From the NCBI GenBank assembly GCA_963763495.1, contig CAVXOY010000001.1, forward strand, positions 8,424-72,423: 64,000 nucleotides of DNA, read 5' to 3'. This stretch comes from an uncultured Chloroflexia bacterium. GTDB taxonomy: Bacteria > Chloroflexota > Dehalococcoidia > DSTF01 > JALHUB01. The notes under the pieces are model-generated. The model did no database searches. It was not told where the DNA came from and saw only the letters and a list, made by a program, of their open reading frames with translations. Positions 60,545 through 64,000 of the stretch are shown in pieces. Each line of letters starts with the position of its first letter. Positions within the stretch are counted from its first letter, which is position 1. The position numbers were made by a program, and so were the translations under genes.

Positions 60545-60997
60545 TTGACTCAGGCGACCGATGTCGAGCCAAAAGAGAAACAGCAGAAACCTATCGTGCC
60601 CTACTTGCGGCTGCCCGAAAAACCGGGCGACAAGCCATACTTGTGGGGAAGCAGGTGCCGATCCTGCGGAGCGGCCTACCTCGGCCCTCGCTTGGCCTGC
60701 GCCAAATGCTTCGCCGTCGACGACCTCGAGGAAATCCGGTTCAGCGACCACGGCATTCTCCACACATTCTCGATTGTCTATCAGTCCCTGCCGGGCGTGG
60801 AGGTCCCTTTTGTCGCCGCCATCATCGATCTGCCGGAAGGCACAGCCGTTCGCGCCAACCTCGGCGGGATCGAGCCCGACCCGGACAAGCTCGTGCCCCT
60901 GCTCGGCACGAAGGTTGAAATGTACACGGAGAAGGCACGGGTGGACAAAGAGGGGAATGACGTCATTGTCTACAAGTACCGGCCCATCAAGGGCTGA
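60545..60997 (+). CDS. DUF35 Zn-ribbon/OB-fold protein
   Basis: TTG 60545 lies 6 nt after AGGAGG. Rubredoxin-like CRSCG...CAKC followed by an OB fold. The 5' part of ORF 60440..60997 is read-through. Confidence 0.8.
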   Translation: MTQATDVEPKEKQQKPIVPYLRLPEKPGDKPYLWGSRCRSCGAAYLGPRLACAKCFAVDDLEEIRFSDHGILHTFSIVYQSLPGVEVPFVAAIIDLPEGTAVRANLGGIEPDPDKLVPLLGTKVEMYTEKARVDKEGNDVIVYKYRPIKG

Positions 60998-61017
60998 CGC
61001 CGAGAGGAGGTAGATCT

Positions 61018-62166
61018 GTGAAACCAGCGCGAGACGTCTACATAGTCGGCGTGGGGATGGTCAAGTACGGCCGGTACCCTGAGAAGACGGTGATCGACTT
61101 GGCCACAGAGGCAGTCGTCACCGCCCTCAAAGACGCGAACATGACGATGAAGGACATCCAGTCGGTGGCGAGCGGCAATCTGTCGGCGCCTGTCGGCCAG
61201 GCGATCCTGCGCAGTGTCGGGCAGACCGGCGTCCCCGTCGTAAACGTGGCCAACGCCTGCGCTACCGGGTCCACGGCCTGTCGCGAGGCCTACTTCGCGG
61301 TGGCATCCGGCGCCTTCGACGTGGCAATGGGCATCGGCTCGGAGCAGATGGGCAAGGCGGGGCTCCTGGGAGCGGGACGGCTTATGGCAGCCACCGACCC
61401 CGCCTACATACCGGAGGGGGTGCTCGGATCGCAGATGATGCCTCCGGTCTTCTCGCAGTGGGGAGTCGACCACATGCGGAAGTACGGCACCACCTTCGAG
61501 GACTTCGCTCGGGTGGCCTACAAGAACCACAAGAACTCGGTGCACAACCCGTACGCCCAGTACCGGCAGGAGTTCCCGCTGGAGGAGATCATGAGCGCCC
61601 GGATGGTCTCTTGGCCCAACACCCTCTATATGTGCTGCCCAACGGGTGACGGCGCCGGCGCCATTATCTACGCCAGCGGCGACAAGGCCCGCCAGTACGG
61701 CTCCAAGGCGATCAAGGCGGCGGCTTCCATTCTCACCAGCGACCCTTGGACAGAGACGGGGAACGCGATCCTGGACATCAACGAGTGCACGCGCCTCGCC
61801 GCTAGGGAGGCATGGGAGACGGCAGGGATCGGGCCGGAGGAGATGGACGTCGTGGAACTGCACGACTGTTTTGCGACCGCGGAGATGGTGCACTATGAGA
61901 ACTTAGGCCTTGCTCCAGATGGCGAGGGCCCGCGCTACCTGAGAGAGGGTCGGTTCGATATCGGCGGTAAGGTGGCTGTCAACGCCAGTGGCGGCCTTCT
62001 CTCTCGAGGTCATCCCCTCGGCGCGACCGGCGCCTGCGGTATCGCCGAAATAGTGTGGCAGTTGCGAGGCCAATCAGGCGGCCGCCAGCAGCCAGGCGCG
62101 AAGGCAGGGCTCGCCCATGTGATCGGCCTCACCTCCGCCTGCACGATCAACGTCATGGTCGCTTAG
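61018..62166 (+). CDS. Thiolase-fold protein (SCP-x / archaeal-type acetyl-CoA acetyltransferase-like)
   Basis: Active-site Cys context NVANACATGST and a C-terminal GHPLGATG. AGGAGG lies upstream of the GTG start. Confidence 0.8.
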   Translation: MKPARDVYIVGVGMVKYGRYPEKTVIDLATEAVVTALKDANMTMKDIQSVASGNLSAPVGQAILRSVGQTGVPVVNVANACATGSTACREAYFAVASGAFDVAMGIGSEQMGKAGLLGAGRLMAATDPAYIPEGVLGSQMMPPVFSQWGVDHMRKYGTTFEDFARVAYKNHKNSVHNPYAQYRQEFPLEEIMSARMVSWPNTLYMCCPTGDGAGAIIYASGDKARQYGSKAIKAAASILTSDPWTETGNAILDINECTRLAAREAWETAGIGPEEMDVVELHDCFATAEMVHYENLGLAPDGEGPRYLREGRFDIGGKVAVNASGGLLSRGHPLGATGACGIAEIVWQLRGQSGGRQQPGAKAGLAHVIGLTSACTINVMVA

Positions 62167-62385
62167 GCGGTGCCTGGGAGATCGACAGTTAAGCCGCCTT
62201 TGCCTAAAGGCCGGCGCGGGTTGTTTTGTGCCTTCTGCCGCCTCGTTCCTCAGCTCTAGGCGATCAAGCCTTCCGTTCTGACCGGCAGTCCTGTGTATAA
62301 TGAATCCGGAGAGTCGGACCCGAACGGCGATCCTGACGGCCCCGACAAGGCCGGCCGCTGAGGGAACCCCAAAGGGAGATGCTTC

Positions 62386-63132
62386 ATGGGTAAGACCGCT
62401 TCACCGCCGCTGGAACTCACCTTCTTGGGATCGGGCAACGCGTTTGCCGGTGACCGCTATTGGAGTTCGTTCATTCTCAACCGGCGCTACCTCTTCGATG
62501 CGCCGCCGACGACGCTTGCTCACTTGAACAAGCTGGCTATTCCCCCGGCTGATATTGCCGCTGTCTTCATAACCCATTTTCACGCGGACCATTTCTTCGG
62601 ATTGCCATTCCTGTTCTTGGACTACGCATACACAGCCAAGAGGACGGAGGACTTGGTCATAGTCGGCCCGCGCGGGGAGCAAGAGATAGTCGAGAAGCTC
62701 ACGGAACTCGGCTTCGCCGGCCTGACCAGGATCGATATGAGATACCGCCGCATCTACTTAGAGATCGCCGAGGGAATGGATCAGGTCGCCGCTGACCTCC
62801 CGTTTCGCGCCATTCCGGTGAAACAGTCGATGTCGACGGACTGCTTCGGCTACCGGGTGAACGTGGGAGGACGCATCCTCAGCTACACAGGCGACACAGT
62901 GATGTGCGAAGGCGTGCGCCAGTTGGCGCAGGGCGCAGATGTTGTGGTGGTCGACTGCTCTTGCTGGGATGACCCCTGCGATCACCACATGAGCTTGCCC
63001 GACATCCAGCGATTGCGGAAGGATACTCCGCCGGAAACGACGTTCATCCTGACACATCTTGACGTCGGCCGCCCGCCCGTCAACATCGACGGGGTGCTCG
63101 TGGCGGAAGATTTCGCTACCTTCCGGCTCTAA
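62386..63132 (+). CDS. MBL-fold metallo-hydrolase (RNase Z-like)
   Basis: HxHxDH motif (THFHADHF). Confidence 0.8.
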   Translation: MGKTASPPLELTFLGSGNAFAGDRYWSSFILNRRYLFDAPPTTLAHLNKLAIPPADIAAVFITHFHADHFFGLPFLFLDYAYTAKRTEDLVIVGPRGEQEIVEKLTELGFAGLTRIDMRYRRIYLEIAEGMDQVAADLPFRAIPVKQSMSTDCFGYRVNVGGRILSYTGDTVMCEGVRQLAQGADVVVVDCSCWDDPCDHHMSLPDIQRLRKDTPPETTFILTHLDVGRPPVNIDGVLVAEDFATFRL

Positions 63133-63203
63133 CCCTACCCAATGGGTAGGCCGAGAAGATCGGGCTCGGGGATTCACGTCACGTCGTTATGTCTATTGCG
63201 GAA

Positions 63204-63232
63204 TTGCAGTGCCTCTTGAACTATGGGATAAT
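63204..63232 (+). promoter_or_regulatory. Candidate promoter of the PFOR gene
   Basis: TTGCAG (63204-09), 17-nt spacer, GATAAT (63227-32), in an AT-rich spacer. Confidence 0.3.
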
Positions 63233-63365
63233 AGATTGTGCACGATAGTGAAAACCCGCCAACACAACTCAGTCCCCACTTGCGCTCCACCGGTTGCAGA
63301 CAGCGCCAACATTAGTATACTTGTTTCCTATTCAGCCGCATTCAGACTAGTTTCGAGGACTAATC

Positions 63366-64000
63366 ATGGCTAAGAATCAGAACGCGAAGGACTTCCCCTA
63401 TCCGGGCACCCCATCGACAAGCGACGGCACGGGCATGATCGTGTGGGTGGAGACGCACATCAGTCAGGGCGCCTGCGTCTACCCGATCACGCCTTCCACC
63501 GGCATGGGCGAAGGCTACGCCGACGAGGTCTCAAATGGGCGGCAGAACCTTTGGGGAGAGCCGCTCACTTTGCTGGAACCGGAGTCGGAGCACAGTTCCG
63601 CTTCCGCCTGCGAGGGCTACGCCGCCGCCGGAGGACGCGTCTCGAACTTCACCTGCGGACAGGGCCTGATCCTGATGAAGGAGGTCCTGTACACAATCGC
63701 AGGAAAGCGCCTGCCGGCTGTCTTCAACATCGGCGCGCGAGCTCTGACGTCACAGTCGCTCAACATTCACTCCGGGCACGACGACGTCATGGGTGTTGCC
63801 GATGCGGGCTGGGGGATCCTGTTCGCCCGCAACGCGCAGGAGGCCGGCGACCTGTCGCTCATCGCCCGCCGGACGGCGGAGGACACGTCCACGCCGTTCC
63901 TCAATTGCCAGGACGGCTTCCTGACGACCCACACCGTCGAGACCGTCCTCATGCCCGAGCCGGAGCTGATGGAGCGCTTCGTCGGCCCTCCCAGCGCCAA
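63366..64000 (+). CDS. Pyruvate:ferredoxin (flavodoxin) oxidoreductase, N-terminal fragment (3' end outside window)
   Basis: Hand translation from ATG 63366 gives MAKNQNAKDFPYPGTPSTSDGTGMIVWVETHISQGACVYPITPSTGMGEGY...EPESEHSSASACEGYAAAGGRVSNFTCGQGLILM. This is PFOR domain I. It is not in the ORF track because there is no stop in the window. Confidence 0.8.
   Translation, partial: MAKNQNAKDFPYPGTPSTSDGTGMIVWVETHISQGACVYPITPSTGMGEGYADEVSNGRQNLWGEPLTLLEPESEHSSASACEGYAAAGGRVSNFTCGQGLILMKEVLYTIAGKRLPAVFNIGARALTSQSLNIHSGHDDVMGVADAGWGILFARNAQEAGDLSLIARRTAEDTSTPFLNCQDGFLTTHTVETVLMPEPELMERFVGPPSA

Noticed and set aside
63134-63150. A hairpin CCTACCC-aat-GGGTAGG immediately after the MBL hydrolase stop.
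   Set aside because: The loop is 3 nt and no T-run follows, so the evidence for a terminator is insufficient.

Overview
This is a high-G+C bacterial chromosomal segment, roughly low-to-mid 60s % by eye. It is densely packed with housekeeping genes, and GTG/TTG starts and GGAGG-type Shine-Dalgarno sites are common. The gene content (TreT, PFOR, TupABC, ECF CbiMNQO, Ahb-like genes) would fit a Chloroflexota-like or similar metagenome-derived organism, but taxonomy cannot be established from the sequence alone.

Main blocks:
(i) The 3' end of a PEPCK-like gene, then a Fur-family regulator with cbiM, a PDGLE protein, cbiQ and cbiO (ECF Ni/Co importer), and a convergent MMPL/RND transporter.
(ii) A pyrimidine operon with promoter, PyrR-binding leader and attenuator: pyrR-pyrB-pyrC-carA-[GNAT]-[membrane protein]-carB-pyrK. 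A 2.9-kb interruption follows (54-aa CxxC ORF missed by the ORF track, orphan beta-class DNA methyltransferase, convergent mrp/apbC, zinc-ribbon ORF) before pyrD.
(iii) tRNA-Pro(TGG), tRNA-Arg(CCG), a membrane-anchored cyclophilin, an SGNH hydrolase, an ArsB/NhaD-type permease, comM/yifB and relA/spoT.
(iv) hisS, prfA-prmC, a guaB3-like gene, a 1.2-kb gene-poor spacer, then rsmI-tauE-metG-tatD and a polyprenyl synthase.
(v) A minus-strand array: ybeY-dnaX-ybaB-recR-recO-fmdB.
(vi) NUDIX, a lipoprotein, a radical SAM/SPASM enzyme plus two siroheme-decarboxylase-like genes, two tandem TreT-like GT4 genes, tldD-pmbA, an SDR, yjbQ and GDPD.
(vii) A ModE-like regulator with tupABC, a DUF35-thiolase pair, an MBL hydrolase and the 5' end of PFOR.

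I found no rRNA, CRISPR array, transposase, integrase or recognisable defence system.

The dominant anomaly is technical. At least 24 single-base indels, mostly an extra G/C, break or scramble 16 conserved genes. Many ORF-track entries are therefore fragments or chimeras. Feature coordinates below give the reconstructed gene spans.

I did not find a convincing novel multi-gene system. The most interesting loose ends are:
- the gene-poor spacer at 32.7-33.9 kb;
- the small CxxC ORF plus orphan MTase wedged between pyrK and pyrD;
- a TreT paralogue that has lost its EX7E catalytic motif;
- a partial Ahb-type haem module;
- the Fur-family-regulated ECF transporter.
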